Positions 20,312 through 30,440 of a stretch of DNA of 64,000 nucleotides are shown here, one piece after another. Source of the stretch: a bacterium UBP13_UBA5359 (lineage in GTDB: Bacteria; UBP13; UBA5359). The position numbers and the translations under genes are program-made. The notes beneath the pieces were generated by a model. It was given only the letters and a program-made list of their open reading frames with translations, did not search any database and was not told the DNA's origin. Where the stretch lies: NCBI GenBank assembly GCA_002410925.1, contig DHPR01000033.1:206397-270396 (forward strand). The letters are read 5' to 3'. How positions within the stretch are numbered: position 1 is the first letter of the stretch; each line of letters opens with the position of its first letter.

Positions 20312-20593
20312 TCATCCTTGTTCGAGTTTCTGCAACCGGCGTTGCATCTCCTGCAGCTCTTCACGCAGCATCCCAATTCTATCTTCACGTCTACCCGCCA
20401 TGCCATGATATTTACCGCACACCGAACAAAGATGCATACCGCCGTGCCGCAGCCCACACCTGCTGGCCATACCGGCGATCGTTCCAGAAAGAAGCATCAG
20501 CCGTATTAAAAAATATATTCCTCCGGTCAGTCCCAGAATCATGCACATCTTAATTTTACCATGATGTGTACCATTATGATGATGTCCCCACAT
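20312..20593 (-). CDS. Small His/Cys-rich membrane-anchored hypothetical protein
   Basis: GAGGAGG RBS, His-rich N-terminus, one hydrophobic segment, CSVC, C-terminal coiled coil. Confidence 0.6.
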   Translation of the reverse strand: MWGHHHNGTHHGKIKMCMILGLTGGIYFLIRLMLLSGTIAGMASRCGLRHGGMHLCSVCGKYHGMAGRREDRIGMLREELQEMQRRLQKLEQG

Positions 20594-20690
20594 AACAATA
20601 CCTCCTCGCTGTTATTGCAGTTTCTTATCATTACCCTCCTGCAATAAATCCGAAACGGGACGATCATCACCCATTATCAGGAATCATGCG

Positions 20691-21104
20691 CTATTCGCCC
20701 ATCACCTTTATTAATAATCGCTTGCGCCTGCGACCATCGAATTCAGCGTAGAAGATCTCCTGCCAGGGTCCCAGATCAAGCTTGCCATTGGTTACGGGAA
20801 TCATGACCTGATGATGAAATAGAAGGCTTTTTAAATGAGCGTCGCCATTTGTTTCTCCGGTACGATGATGTCGGTAATCAGACCTGAACGGCGCCAGCTT
20901 CTCAGCCCATTCCATAAAATCCGCCTTAATGCCTTCCTCTTCATCATTGACGAAAACACCGGAAGTGATATGCATAGCGCTGACCAGCGCCATCCCCTCT
21001 CTGATGCCCGTCTCTTTGACGGTATCTTCCACTATGGTGGTTATGTTGATAAATTCCCTCTGCTTAGCGGTCTCCATCCAATGATACACTGTATGCCATT
21101 TCAC
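20691..21104 (-). CDS. yjbQ: YjbQ/UPF0047 family protein
   Basis: [40 protein letters not shown] start after GGAG. Confidence 0.9.
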   Translation of the reverse strand: MKWHTVYHWMETAKQREFINITTIVEDTVKETGIREGMALVSAMHITSGVFVNDEEEGIKADFMEWAEKLAPFRSDYRHHRTGETNGDAHLKSLLFHHQVMIPVTNGKLDLGPWQEIFYAEFDGRRRKRLLIKVMGE

Positions 21105-21651
21105 GAAGCATTTCTCCAATCTTGTTAAAATATTCTTCGCTAGCTTGTTGTATAACCCCTTCTGAATTTTACCAGGCGCCTCAAATCCGGAATATCCCAT
21201 GCCGCTTTACCGGAGAGATGCCTGGATTTGACCTTGAAGTTGCTAGAGTTAAAATCGCTACATAAATTCATCCTCCCCCGCCGGCATCGGCACGGCAACA
21301 ACAGCTACGGCAAAGGCATTGCTAAATCCCCAATTAACGCCGTAACTCTTCTTCTCTTCTTGATCTTCACGCATTCCGTTCGCATAGCCATTGTATGCCA
21401 TTTTCTTCGTATTCTTGCTGCGTATACTTTTGGCTCCTAACCTTATCATCAATAACCATGGTATCTAAATATGATAAATCAGGGCATTCGGCCATCCTGT
21501 ATTCTAAATATGCCCTCAGCAAAATAGGGGAGCGATGTTTGAATTGCCGATCCAGCTCTTTTAATTCATCAAAATTCCTGCTTGGAAAGATCATTATTTT
21601 TTCCTCAATAAAAAAACCTGCTCATAATGCAGGTTCTAATATTGCTTAAAC

Positions 21652-21728
21652 TGGCGCGCCTTGCAGGACTCGAACCTGCGGCCTTCTGATCCGTAGTCAG
21701 ACGCTCTAATCCACTGAGCTAAAGGCGC
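21652..21728 (-). tRNA. tRNA-Arg(ACG)
   Basis: Anticodon arm TCTGA-CTACGGA-TCAGA, T-loop GGTTCGAG, CCA. Downstream terminator near 21609-21634. Confidence 0.96.
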
Positions 21729-21745
21729 ATTTAATTACTTTGCAA

Positions 21746-21774
21746 ATATTACTACATTTTTCTGTTGTTGGCAA
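21746..21774 (-). promoter_or_regulatory. Sigma70-like promoter of tRNA-Arg(ACG)
   Basis: Minus strand reads TTGCCA-N17-TAATAT, just upstream of the tRNA. Confidence 0.6.
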
Positions 21775-21859
21775 CCGCAAAATGTTTACTCCCCCACCTT
21801 CCCTAACAGTAGTCACACTAAGGGGGAGACCCCAACAATAGCTCAGATTATCAACAGAG

Positions 21860-22218
21860 TGTTTTTGGCAAATATAAATCCGAGCACCCCTATCCCATTA
21901 ATGGGATTTCAAGGTTGAGTGGGTCAGCCTGTAGCTTTGCCCTTGAAAAATCAGCAGGTGGCTGTGGTGCACCAATCTGTCAATAGTTGCACTCGTCAGT
22001 TTTTCGTCATAGAAAATGCCATTCCATTTACTAAATTTCAGGTTTGTTGTAATGATCACGCTCCTTTTCTCATAACATTCGGAAATAACCTGAAACAGTA
22101 GCTGTGAGCTCTCTTTTTCAAAGGGAACATAGCCCCATTCGTCACAAATTAATAAATCTGTCTTTCCCAGTTGTTTCATAAACCGCTTTAATTCGCCTTT
22201 TGCCTTTGCTTCGCTTGT
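21860..22218 (-). mobile_element. istB: IS21-family remnant: C-terminal istB fragment plus right terminal inverted repeat
   Basis: DLLICDEWGYVP (Walker B), SVIITTNL, IDRLVHH, GQSYR. TGTTTTTGGCAAATATAAAT terminus at 21860. No Walker A or istA here. Confidence 0.85.
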
Positions 22219-22293
22219 TTATCATTGAACAGAGTTCTATTCACAGGGTATACTTTATCTCTCAAAGAAAAATAATACACATACGCTTCTTTA

Positions 22294-22820
22294 TTATAAT
22301 TTTATATAAAACAGCTCATTACCTTCACCTATAGAAGCCAGTTCATTAGGATCAACCCCATCAACCGGGTTCCCATCCACATACGCATACAGATTATACC
22401 CACCATTGTAATCTATCGGATTTACTGTAGTAAACCTGCCGGTATTGGGATCATAATACCTATGGGTTAAGAGCTGTAGACCGCTGTCATCCTGGTAATA
22501 TCCCAACGCGCCCACATATTGGTAGGGGGTGATCCGTAGCGCCGCTATGGCCCAGGAGATTGCCGTAAGCATCATAGGCGTAGCTGTCGGTTATAGTCTG
22601 CATCGCAGGTATAAGTTGCTGTGGTAAGGTTATTCTGGGAATCGGTATGCGCCTGCTACGTTCTATTACCAGCGCCATCGATGTCTCCATTATGGCAGGA
22701 ATCAGCATCTATATCGCTCCCGGCCAGATAAATGGTCATCTTGTCCGTTCCGATACAAATGTGATTGCTTTCATCTGCAGCAGCCGGCATAATCTGCTCA
22801 TAATCTTTCAGCTTGTTTCC
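22294..22820 (-). pseudogene. RHS repeat-associated core remnant (frameshifted)
   Basis: DGAGNRT and ITDSYAYDAYGN, then a frameshift to YQYVGALGYYQDDSGLQLLTHRYYDPNTGRF...NLYAYVDGNPVDGVDP. Confidence 0.85.
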
Positions 22821-22864
22821 AGATTTATATTACGGTTTGTCAAATTAATCAACGTACGTCCCCG

Positions 22865-22924
22865 CTACCCCGTTTGTAAGACCGAACGCAACCCCGGGGT
22901 GTGCATTTACTTTTTCAAATCAGT
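22865..22924. repeat. 60-bp dispersed repeat, copy 1
   Basis: Identical to 52145-52204. Confidence 0.95.
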
Positions 22925-23304
22925 AGCAAACGGAAAGCGGCTAAAATTATGTGGACATATAACGTAATAGGAGTTATAATAAAAGTGAGTTCTAAAGTAA
23001 AACCTCATAGCGGTGGGTATTCCTTTTTGAACTCTTGCCGGAGAGCTTTTGCTCTCCGGCGCTCTTATTTTTTACCCTTCCTGCATAAAAAAGCCTGATC
23101 AGAACAAACAGTCCCTTTTTGGCATGAACAGCCACCAAAATTCATCTTAAAGCTCTTTTCTGTGAACCTGCAGAAGGCTTTCAACTCCTTTTATCGTTTT
23201 AATGTATTTCCTGCCAACGGGAACAACTTGGCGGAGCTTACCCGAAAGAGTAGAGATTTCAAGCGGCAAAGTGATAAAATAAGCCTAAGAGAGGTCTTAA
23301 GGGT

Positions 23305-23457
23305 ATGAGAAAAGGGCAAAAACAGAATAAGTATACAGCGGAGTTCAAGGAGAGAGCGGTGAAGATGTATGCGGATACTTCCCCAGGGGGTGAGATAAGA
23401 AGTTTATTGGCGGCTACGAAGAAACAGCTGTTTCCCTACAATTTTGTGAAAAAGTAA
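23305..23457 (+). mobile_element. IS3-family transposase OrfA N-terminal remnant
   Basis: MRKGQKQNKYTAEFKERAVKMY resembles the IS3 HTH start; similarity is lost after about 22 aa. Confidence 0.6.
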
Positions 23458-23545
23458 AACAGCCGGTAACCCGCTTGTTTACTGGGCTGCCGGCTGGCTT
23501 TTTCTCTGTTTTACTGTAAAAGTTAAGATATTACTACATTTTTAC

Positions 23546-24652
23546 CTATTGGCAACTGGAGACTTGGTGACTGACGGCAAGAAAATATGCACCATATTCA
23601 TCACCCAGCATTTCAAGCATTCTAAGCTGCGATATAATAAATGAAACCGTAGATTCCGCTCCCTGGTTGAGATTGGGGCCTTTGGCTGTCAATCCATCAT
23701 AGCAGCCGCCGGTTAGGGGATCGTACATTTTAGTGAAAAGCACATTATTGCCGGTAAACCACTGAAAGGAGATATCTGCCAAGCGTTTGTAAGCAATATC
23801 GCCGGTCAACTCATAAGCTTCACAATAAGCCAAGACAGACATCATGGCATCCACCGGCTGGTGATCAAAGACTGCTTTAATGCCGCCACGCGAATACCAG
23901 CCGTCGCAGCCTACCATCTCCAGCATGGCGCCGGGTATGGTGACCTCACTCAGAAAATCCAGGCTTTCATAGGCCGTCTTCAGTGCCTTGCCGTCGCCTA
24001 TGGCGTTTCCTGCTACCAGCAGGCAATACGGCAACAGGCCGTTGGAATAGGCCATAATATTCTCAAACCATCTCCATTTGTAATCACATGTCCTGACATA
24101 TTCGCTTATCAGAATATTGATGCTCCGCTCTATCTCCTTGTTAACCATTATGTCTGCCCATTCGGATTCAGCAAAGTGGCTCAGCCCCACCAGCGCATAG
24201 GCGTTTCCCCGCAATGATTTCAGTTCTTTCAACCTGGGTCTGGCCTTTTCAAAGATATGCCAGGCCAACAGCCGCACTCTGTCAGGCAGATTGGATGCTA
24301 AAACGTAGCCCAGGGACCATATAACCCTGCCGAAACAATCCTCTGAGCCATGCTCATCCAGAAACTCCCGACCAAAGCTCATAAAGTTATGAAAACGTCC
24401 ATCGGGCATCTGGGCGTGATGCAAATAGGAGATATAGACTGTCAAAATATCCATACAGGATTCGTCTCCGCTGATTTCGTAATCTTTGGCAGCCGCCAGC
24501 AGGGCTCTGGAGTTGTCATCAGTACAGTAGCCGTGATACCGGTGGGGCACAGAATATTTAGCATGCTGAAAGATACCTGTGTCGTCGGTAAGGGTGCGCA
24601 TATGCTCCATATTTATTTTTAAATATGTCATTGTTCTCTCCCTGCAAATCAT
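23546..24652 (-). CDS. GT4-associated alpha/alpha-barrel (six-hairpin glycosidase-like) protein
   Basis: LTDDTGIFQHA, GYCTDDNSRAL, SEDCFGR, WFE...AYSNG, FDHQPVD, TGGCYDGL, NLNQGAEST. Confidence 0.75.
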   Translation of the reverse strand: MICRERTMTYLKINMEHMRTLTDDTGIFQHAKYSVPHRYHGYCTDDNSRALLAAAKDYEISGDESCMDILTVYISYLHHAQMPDGRFHNFMSFGREFLDEHGSEDCFGRVIWSLGYVLASNLPDRVRLLAWHIFEKARPRLKELKSLRGNAYALVGLSHFAESEWADIMVNKEIERSINILISEYVRTCDYKWRWFENIMAYSNGLLPYCLLVAGNAIGDGKALKTAYESLDFLSEVTIPGAMLEMVGCDGWYSRGGIKAVFDHQPVDAMMSVLAYCEAYELTGDIAYKRLADISFQWFTGNNVLFTKMYDPLTGGCYDGLTAKGPNLNQGAESTVSFIISQLRMLEMLGDEYGAYFLAVSHQVSSCQ

Positions 24653-25890
24653 ATCTTGCTTTTCAGCCTCCTGCTAATCATTCTTTCGTTGAGACGACTG
24701 GAGAAACTTAGAATGCGATCAAAGAGATCCAGATAATCAATGGCTACATTATGCCAGCTCATCTTTCGACCGTATTTAAAGGTCTTCAGTTCCATTTGCT
24801 GGCGTAATTCCGAAGATCCAAGGATATTGCAAACACACTCGGCAATCCCATCCGGATACTCAAACTCAGTCAACAGGCCTCTGCCGTTGGCCAATACCTC
24901 GCGTGCATAGAGATACGGCGTGGAGACTATGGCTTTTCCTGCTCCTACGGCGTAGGCCAGGGCGCCGCTGCATATCTGATCCTTGCTCAGATACGGCGTG
25001 ACATAGACATCGGTGGCCAGCAGATAATCCACCAGCTCTTTCTTTGTCATGTAGCGGTTATTGAAGCGTACATGATTGATAAGTCCATTATCATGTACCT
25101 TCTGCAGCAGCATATCTCGGTAGTTCTCTCCTTCGTGTCGCCGAACACCTGGATGCGTTTGCCCCAGGATTAGATAAATGATGTCCGGGTGTTTATCCAC
25201 AATAGCCGGCAAAGCATCAATAACGTGTTCTATGCCTTTTCCTCTATTAATCAGGCCGAAGGTAGACATTATGGTCTTCGTTCCCAATCCGAGACGTTTC
25301 TTGACCGGCATTGACGGCCAGCGATGGACATTGGGTACGCCATGCGGGATAAGATACATTTTATCGGCATCCAGGCCGTAATCATTGAAGAGTATCTCGG
25401 CACCTTTCTTGACCATGACCACCAATGCCTGGCTATGATAATTTATTTTTTGAACAATATCGCGCATTTTAGGTGCGGGATTAGGCAATACCGTATGAAG
25501 CGTAGTTACCACCGGCTTACGCAAATGCTTCAGCATAGTAAGGAGATATTCGCCGTATTCACCTCCAAATATACCGAATTCATGCTGAATATTAATCAGG
25601 TCTACATTAGATTTATTCAGCGCCTCAGCGGCTGTTATGTAAGCCTGCTCATCGGAGCTATCCACCTGAATAAAGACCTTATCGCCGTAAGCATATATGG
25701 CTCCCCGATCATTCATGGCTACAATTCTGGATTTGGAGAAGGGCGTAAATTTGTCAATCTCGCTGGTCAGGTCCTGAGTAAAGGTGGCTATGCCGCACTC
25801 GCGAGGTGGGTATGTTCCCACATAGGCGACATGCACCCTGTTCAGAACAGAATACAAAAACTTAAACATGCTCAGATCTTCAACGCTCAT
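24649..25890 (-). CDS. Glycosyltransferase family 4
   Basis: GTYPPRECGIATFT, IQHEFGIFGG, IPHGVP, FGLINRGKGIE, STPYLYA. Confidence 0.9.
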   Translation of the reverse strand: MSVEDLSMFKFLYSVLNRVHVAYVGTYPPRECGIATFTQDLTSEIDKFTPFSKSRIVAMNDRGAIYAYGDKVFIQVDSSDEQAYITAAEALNKSNVDLINIQHEFGIFGGEYGEYLLTMLKHLRKPVVTTLHTVLPNPAPKMRDIVQKINYHSQALVVMVKKGAEILFNDYGLDADKMYLIPHGVPNVHRWPSMPVKKRLGLGTKTIMSTFGLINRGKGIEHVIDALPAIVDKHPDIIYLILGQTHPGVRRHEGENYRDMLLQKVHDNGLINHVRFNNRYMTKKELVDYLLATDVYVTPYLSKDQICSGALAYAVGAGKAIVSTPYLYAREVLANGRGLLTEFEYPDGIAECVCNILGSSELRQQMELKTFKYGRKMSWHNVAIDYLDLFDRILSFSSRLNERMISRRLKSKI

Positions 25891-25892
25891 AA

Positions 25893-27338
25893 TTAAATCT
25901 CGAGTGCTATCGGCTCAATGGTAGCCTCCGCCCCGATCATCTCCCCCCCTGCATCTAATAATTCTTGTGTCTCCGCTATATCACCGGCCTCTGCATAAAC
26001 TTTGACAATGGGCTCCGTAACAGATGCTCTTATCAGAAGCCAGTTACCATTACGCATAATGTATTTTATACCGTCTTCCATCCTTACGTCGTCAACCTTG
26101 GCGCCGGCAATAATACCGGGAGCTCTGGCTCTCAAGTCATCTATCAAAGTATCCCTTGTCTGTACATGAAGGCTGCGTTTATCATAATAAAGAGCGCCGA
26201 ATTCATCATAAAGGCTGTTCAGCAGCTTGGCTATCGTACGGTGTTCCATGGCCATCATCTCGGTCAGCATCAGAGCGGAAAGCAGGCCGTCTCGCTCCGG
26301 TATATGGTTTTTGAAGCTGTATCCGCCGCTCTCCTCGCCGCCTATAAGAAAATCCTCTTCCAGCATGAACGCGGTTATATTTTGAAAGCCTGCCGTCGTT
26401 TCACGTACCTTCAAAGCCAACACCCTGGCGATTTTATCTATCATAGAGGTGACGGCTGCTGTTTTTACCACTATACCGTTCCACCTTTTATTTCTGATAA
26501 GATGAAGCAGCAGCAAAGGGAATATCTGCTGCGGCGATATATATCCACCCCAGTTATTCATTACGCCCAGATGATCTGCATCACCGTCGACAGCAAAGCC
26601 TACCACAGCCTCGCTTTTCTTCATTTCCAGAGAGAGCTCTTCCAGGTTACGGGCAATAGGTTCGGGATTCACACCTGCAAAGATGGGATTAAGATCTTCC
26701 CTTATGTTATAAACCATGCAACCGGCACGATTCAGCAGACCCGATAGATAGCCTATCCCAGCGCCATGCATAGAATCGGTCACTATGGCGGGCGCAAATG
26801 ATTTTATGGCATCCGTATCCACCAGACTCAGCAGATGATTAAGATATTCCTTGTCGCCATTTTCAATCACTACCTTACCACTCTCTATGGCTTCTACTAT
26901 GGAGGTGCGTTTGACATCTTCATCCCGCAAAGCGGCTATCTTTTCTCCAATACGGTGCATCATATCCGCTGATGCGGGACCGCCATAGGATGCTTTAAAC
27001 TTAATTCCATTAAAGCGGGGAGGCTTATGGCTGCCGGTTACCACCACCCCGCCACTCAATTGATCACTCTTTACCAGATATGAAATCAATGGCGAAGGAC
27101 AGGCGGCATAATAATGATTGACACGGATATCGTTGGCTGCCAGAACCTCGCTTATCGCTTCAGCAAAGTTGTCGGAAAGAAAGCGGGTATCATAACCTAC
27201 AGCTATTTTAATCTCTTCTTCTACTCTCTCCTTGAGATACTCTGCAATCCCCTGTGCCACCAGACGCACGTTATCGAAGGTGAATTTATCTGCGATTACA
27301 GCTCTCCAGCCATCGATACCAAACTCTATCCCTTTCAT
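25893..27338 (-). CDS. Phosphoglucomutase/phosphomannomutase family protein
   Basis: FGIDGWRA, GYDTRFLS, TGSHKP, DGDAD, GGEESGG, ERDG. Confidence 0.88.
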   Translation of the reverse strand: MKGIEFGIDGWRAVIADKFTFDNVRLVAQGIAEYLKERVEEEIKIAVGYDTRFLSDNFAEAISEVLAANDIRVNHYYAACPSPLISYLVKSDQLSGGVVVTGSHKPPRFNGIKFKASYGGPASADMMHRIGEKIAALRDEDVKRTSIVEAIESGKVVIENGDKEYLNHLLSLVDTDAIKSFAPAIVTDSMHGAGIGYLSGLLNRAGCMVYNIREDLNPIFAGVNPEPIARNLEELSLEMKKSEAVVGFAVDGDADHLGVMNNWGGYISPQQIFPLLLLHLIRNKRWNGIVVKTAAVTSMIDKIARVLALKVRETTAGFQNITAFMLEEDFLIGGEESGGYSFKNHIPERDGLLSALMLTEMMAMEHRTIAKLLNSLYDEFGALYYDKRSLHVQTRDTLIDDLRARAPGIIAGAKVDDVRMEDGIKYIMRNGNWLLIRASVTEPIVKVYAEAGDIAETQELLDAGGEMIGAEATIEPIALEI

Positions 27339-27685
27339 TTTACCTCCTGAAAACAAAGCGATATTATAATATCGCTTTAAGAATCTACTCCATATACCTG
27401 GAATACACTTTTAGTTAATGGTGCCCTACAACATATCTGAAATATACCCACAGCTACGATTTTTTAAACATCTTGCAGGCGCTTGCCAGCCTGGGCAGGG
27501 TTTTCAACTTTTTTTCTTACTCAGCAGCCATAGAAAGGCACTATATATATAGTGCCGAATAAGACTTTAAAGAGGATTTTACTGCTTTCCCATAGAACTA
27601 TAATATGTTAAAATATTGAACGTATTGTACATTCTATATTTATTTGTTTTTGCAAGAGAACGGATTACTTGAGGGGGGCACTTTA

Positions 27686-28786
27686 ATGTCAGAGGTTATC
27701 TTAAAAAATGTTACCAAGAATTTTGGTAGCGTAACAGCCGTATCCGACGTCAATCTTGAGATAAAAGATAAGGAGTTTCTCGTTTTAGTAGGGCCTTCCG
27801 GTTGCGGCAAGACTACCTGCCTTAGAATGGTTGCCGGCCTGGAAGAGATCACCAGCGGAGAGATCTATATTGGGGATACTCTGGTAAACCACATACCGCC
27901 CAAGGACAGAGATATCGCCATGGTCTTTCAGAACTACGCCCTTTACCCGCACATGAGTGTCTATGACAACATGGCATTCGGTTTGAAACTCAGAAAATAT
28001 AGCAAAGCAGATATCAAGCAGAAAGTATATAATGCGGCTGAAATATTGGGCATACAGCATCTGCTGAATCGTAAACCCAAAGAGCTTTCCGGCGGACAGC
28101 GCCAGCGTGTTGCTCTTGGGCGAGCCATTGTCCGTGAGCCGAAGGTCTTTCTCATGGATGAGCCTCTTAGCAACCTCGATGCCAAGCTCAGAGTCCAGAC
28201 TAGGGCGGAATTGATAAAGCTTCACCGCAGTTTAGGCATAACAACCATTTACGTCACGCACGATCAGACGGAAGCCATGAGCATGGGCGATAGAATTGTT
28301 ATCATGCGCGATGGTGTCATCCAGCAAGTGGCATCTCCTTTGGAACTTTATAATGAACCCAGCAATATTTTTGTCGGTGGCTTCATCGGCAGCCCTGCCA
28401 TGAACTTTCTTAACGGCAAGGTGGTTTCTAAAAATGGTATGATGGCCTTCGAGGGCGAAGGATTTTCGATTGGAGTTCCTGAAGAATTCTTCGATCTGGC
28501 CAGAGGGTATATGGACCAGGAAGCTGTTCTGGGTATCAGGCCGGAAGATATTTACGATGCAAGCATTCTGGAAACACCACTTAATGATTATCCTATCAAG
28601 GCCGGTATTGAAGTGCTAGAACCTATGGGTTCACATGTCTTCCTCTATCTGAATATTGGCGGCAGCAATCTGACTGCTTCCGTAGATGCAGGAACTTGTG
28701 CAAAGATGGGTACCATCTCTGATGTATACTTCGATATCTCTAAAATACGTCTCTTTGATAAGGAAACCGAAAGAGTTATATTCTAA
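27686..28786 (+). CDS. Sugar ABC transporter ATPase (MsmX/UgpC/MalK family)
   Basis: GPSGCGKT, LSGGQRQR, MDEPLSNLD, VTHDQ, C-terminal TOBE region. Confidence 0.95.
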   Translation: MSEVILKNVTKNFGSVTAVSDVNLEIKDKEFLVLVGPSGCGKTTCLRMVAGLEEITSGEIYIGDTLVNHIPPKDRDIAMVFQNYALYPHMSVYDNMAFGLKLRKYSKADIKQKVYNAAEILGIQHLLNRKPKELSGGQRQRVALGRAIVREPKVFLMDEPLSNLDAKLRVQTRAELIKLHRSLGITTIYVTHDQTEAMSMGDRIVIMRDGVIQQVASPLELYNEPSNIFVGGFIGSPAMNFLNGKVVSKNGMMAFEGEGFSIGVPEEFFDLARGYMDQEAVLGIRPEDIYDASILETPLNDYPIKAGIEVLEPMGSHVFLYLNIGGSNLTASVDAGTCAKMGTISDVYFDISKIRLFDKETERVIF

Positions 28787-28804
28787 GATAGCGGTAAATG
28801 TTCT

Positions 28805-28840
28805 AAAAGAGGAGGACGGTGATTGCCGTCCTCCTCTTTT
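28805..28840. terminator. Bidirectional intrinsic terminator
   Basis: AAAAGAGGAGGACGG-N6-CCGTCCTCCTCTTTT between convergent genes. Confidence 0.85.
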
Positions 28841-28863
28841 CTTATTATTGACGCCTTTTCTTT

Positions 28864-29322
28864 CTACCTGTTGTATCTAGACCATGCCTGGTATCCTGGT
28901 AGGCGCATCTGAAAATTTCTATGCCATGTTCGAGCCACATCAATCTGTGTTGCAGCATTCGCTCTGGCATCGGCCGGCGTTACAGTAGCCAACATTACGC
29001 CATTGGCTACAATGACCGGCATTCCGTTTCTAGTAGATAGAGTTATTCTCTGCGATCGCAACGGAGCGCCGTTGATGACTGTAACCATTCGTTTCCTGGT
29101 TTCCACGGCTCTTTGCAGAGGCGTCATACCGGCAGCAGAAACTCTATAGCGCAAGATAATCAGATCTTTCAGCCTGATATCATTGGGCGATGCGTCGCAA
29201 CATTTAGATAAGACTGTAAAAAAGAGAACTGCTGTAATCAATAGAATAACAGCTTTTCTCAAGCAAATCACCTCCAGAAATTTCTGGAGGTTACTTACCC
29301 CATTGTACCAAATGCTAAACAA
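28864..29322 (-). CDS. Exported hypothetical protein (true start probably about 20 codons downstream)
   Basis: Signal-peptide-like RKAVILLITAVLFFTV; GGAGG RBS near 29272. Confidence 0.6.
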   Translation of the reverse strand: MFSIWYNGVSNLQKFLEVICLRKAVILLITAVLFFTVLSKCCDASPNDIRLKDLIILRYRVSAAGMTPLQRAVETRKRMVTVINGAPLRSQRITLSTRNGMPVIVANGVMLATVTPADARANAATQIDVARTWHRNFQMRLPGYQAWSRYNR

Positions 29323-29345
29323 GATTACAGGCTGGCATGAGACTG

Positions 29346-30440
29346 CTATCCAGCGTTTGAATTCTCGGAGTCAGCCGTGGAGCAGGATTTATTACCATCT
29401 GCTGTAAGAGCCGTCCGACGCTCTTTATATTGCCGGACATAGTGAATAATAATCGGCTTCAAGACCGCCGCTGCCGGTATGGCTACAAGAGCGCCAAGAA
29501 TGCCGGCATAATGTCCGCCAATCATGACAGCTAAAATTATTAACAGTGGATCCAAGCCAACAGATCTTCCCAGAATAGTAGGCGCCAGTACATAGTTTTC
29601 AATTGCCTGAACAAACATATAAAAGCCGGCTATGCCAAGAGCAAAAAGCCAGCCCTTAGTGCTTAAGCCAAGCAAAACAGCCGGAACAGCGGCCATTATA
29701 GGTCCTAAGCTGGGGATGACTTCCAACATTGCCGCTATCAGCCCCAGCACAAGAGCAAAGGGTATATCCATTATCAGCAGCCCCACGGTGGTTAAGAAGC
29801 CTATGCTGGCAATAAGAAGCAACTGTCCTGTTATATAATTCCCCAGGAGATTATTGGTAGCAACGGCCAGATCTATTATCTCATCTTTTCGCTTATCCGG
29901 TAGGATATAGACAAATGCATCCCACATTGCCGGACCGCTAAGCAACATAAAGAATGATAAAATGGGAATTATAATCAGGCCTGCAATCCCCAGTACCCCG
30001 GACAACGCTTGTTGTAAAAGAGTGCTGAGTATGCTAGCCAATCTTGCAGCCATTTCTGAGGATGATAGAAATGGCTGCTGTCCTATATTCAATCGCTGCA
30101 GCAAATTGCCGTAAACTTTTTGCAATCTGTTAAGGTAGTCGGGCAATTCAGCGGTAAATGTTATGAACTGCTTGCTTAGTGGCGGTATTATCAGAAAAAT
30201 CAAAAGTGCCATAACCAGTATTCCTATCAGATAGGATATCAGCACAGCTGCCAGTCTGGGTATTCCCCAGGATGTAAAGAGATTGACCAGAGGTCTGAAC
30301 ACATAGGACAGAAGGGTCGCCATGGCAATCAGGAGAAGAACGCTCTTCAGAGAATAGATGATCCCGATGCCCAATAGCACACTGAAAAAGAGTGCTACCG
30401 CCCTGCCCCAGTTAGTTACCTCCATTCGTTCCAACGTCAT
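29346..30440 (-). CDS. AI-2E (PerM/TqsA) family transporter
   Basis: Multi-pass; YITGQLL, LEVIPSLGP, QAIENYVLAP, GILGALVAIP. Confidence 0.92.
   Translation of the reverse strand: MTLERMEVTNWGRAVALFFSVLLGIGIIYSLKSVLLLIAMATLLSYVFRPLVNLFTSWGIPRLAAVLISYLIGILVMALLIFLIIPPLSKQFITFTAELPDYLNRLQKVYGNLLQRLNIGQQPFLSSSEMAARLASILSTLLQQALSGVLGIAGLIIIPILSFFMLLSGPAMWDAFVYILPDKRKDEIIDLAVATNNLLGNYITGQLLLIASIGFLTTVGLLIMDIPFALVLGLIAAMLEVIPSLGPIMAAVPAVLLGLSTKGWLFALGIAGFYMFVQAIENYVLAPTILGRSVGLDPLLIILAVMIGGHYAGILGALVAIPAAAVLKPIIIHYVRQYKERRTALTADGNKSCSTADSENSNAG

Noticed and set aside
20057-20509. 150-aa ORF
   Set aside because: Overlaps two tRNA genes on the opposite strand.
21258-21594. Two short AT-rich ORFs downstream of tRNA-Arg(ACG)
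   Set aside because: No recognisable motif, and they lie after the tRNA terminator. Possibly decayed foreign DNA, but I cannot support a call.
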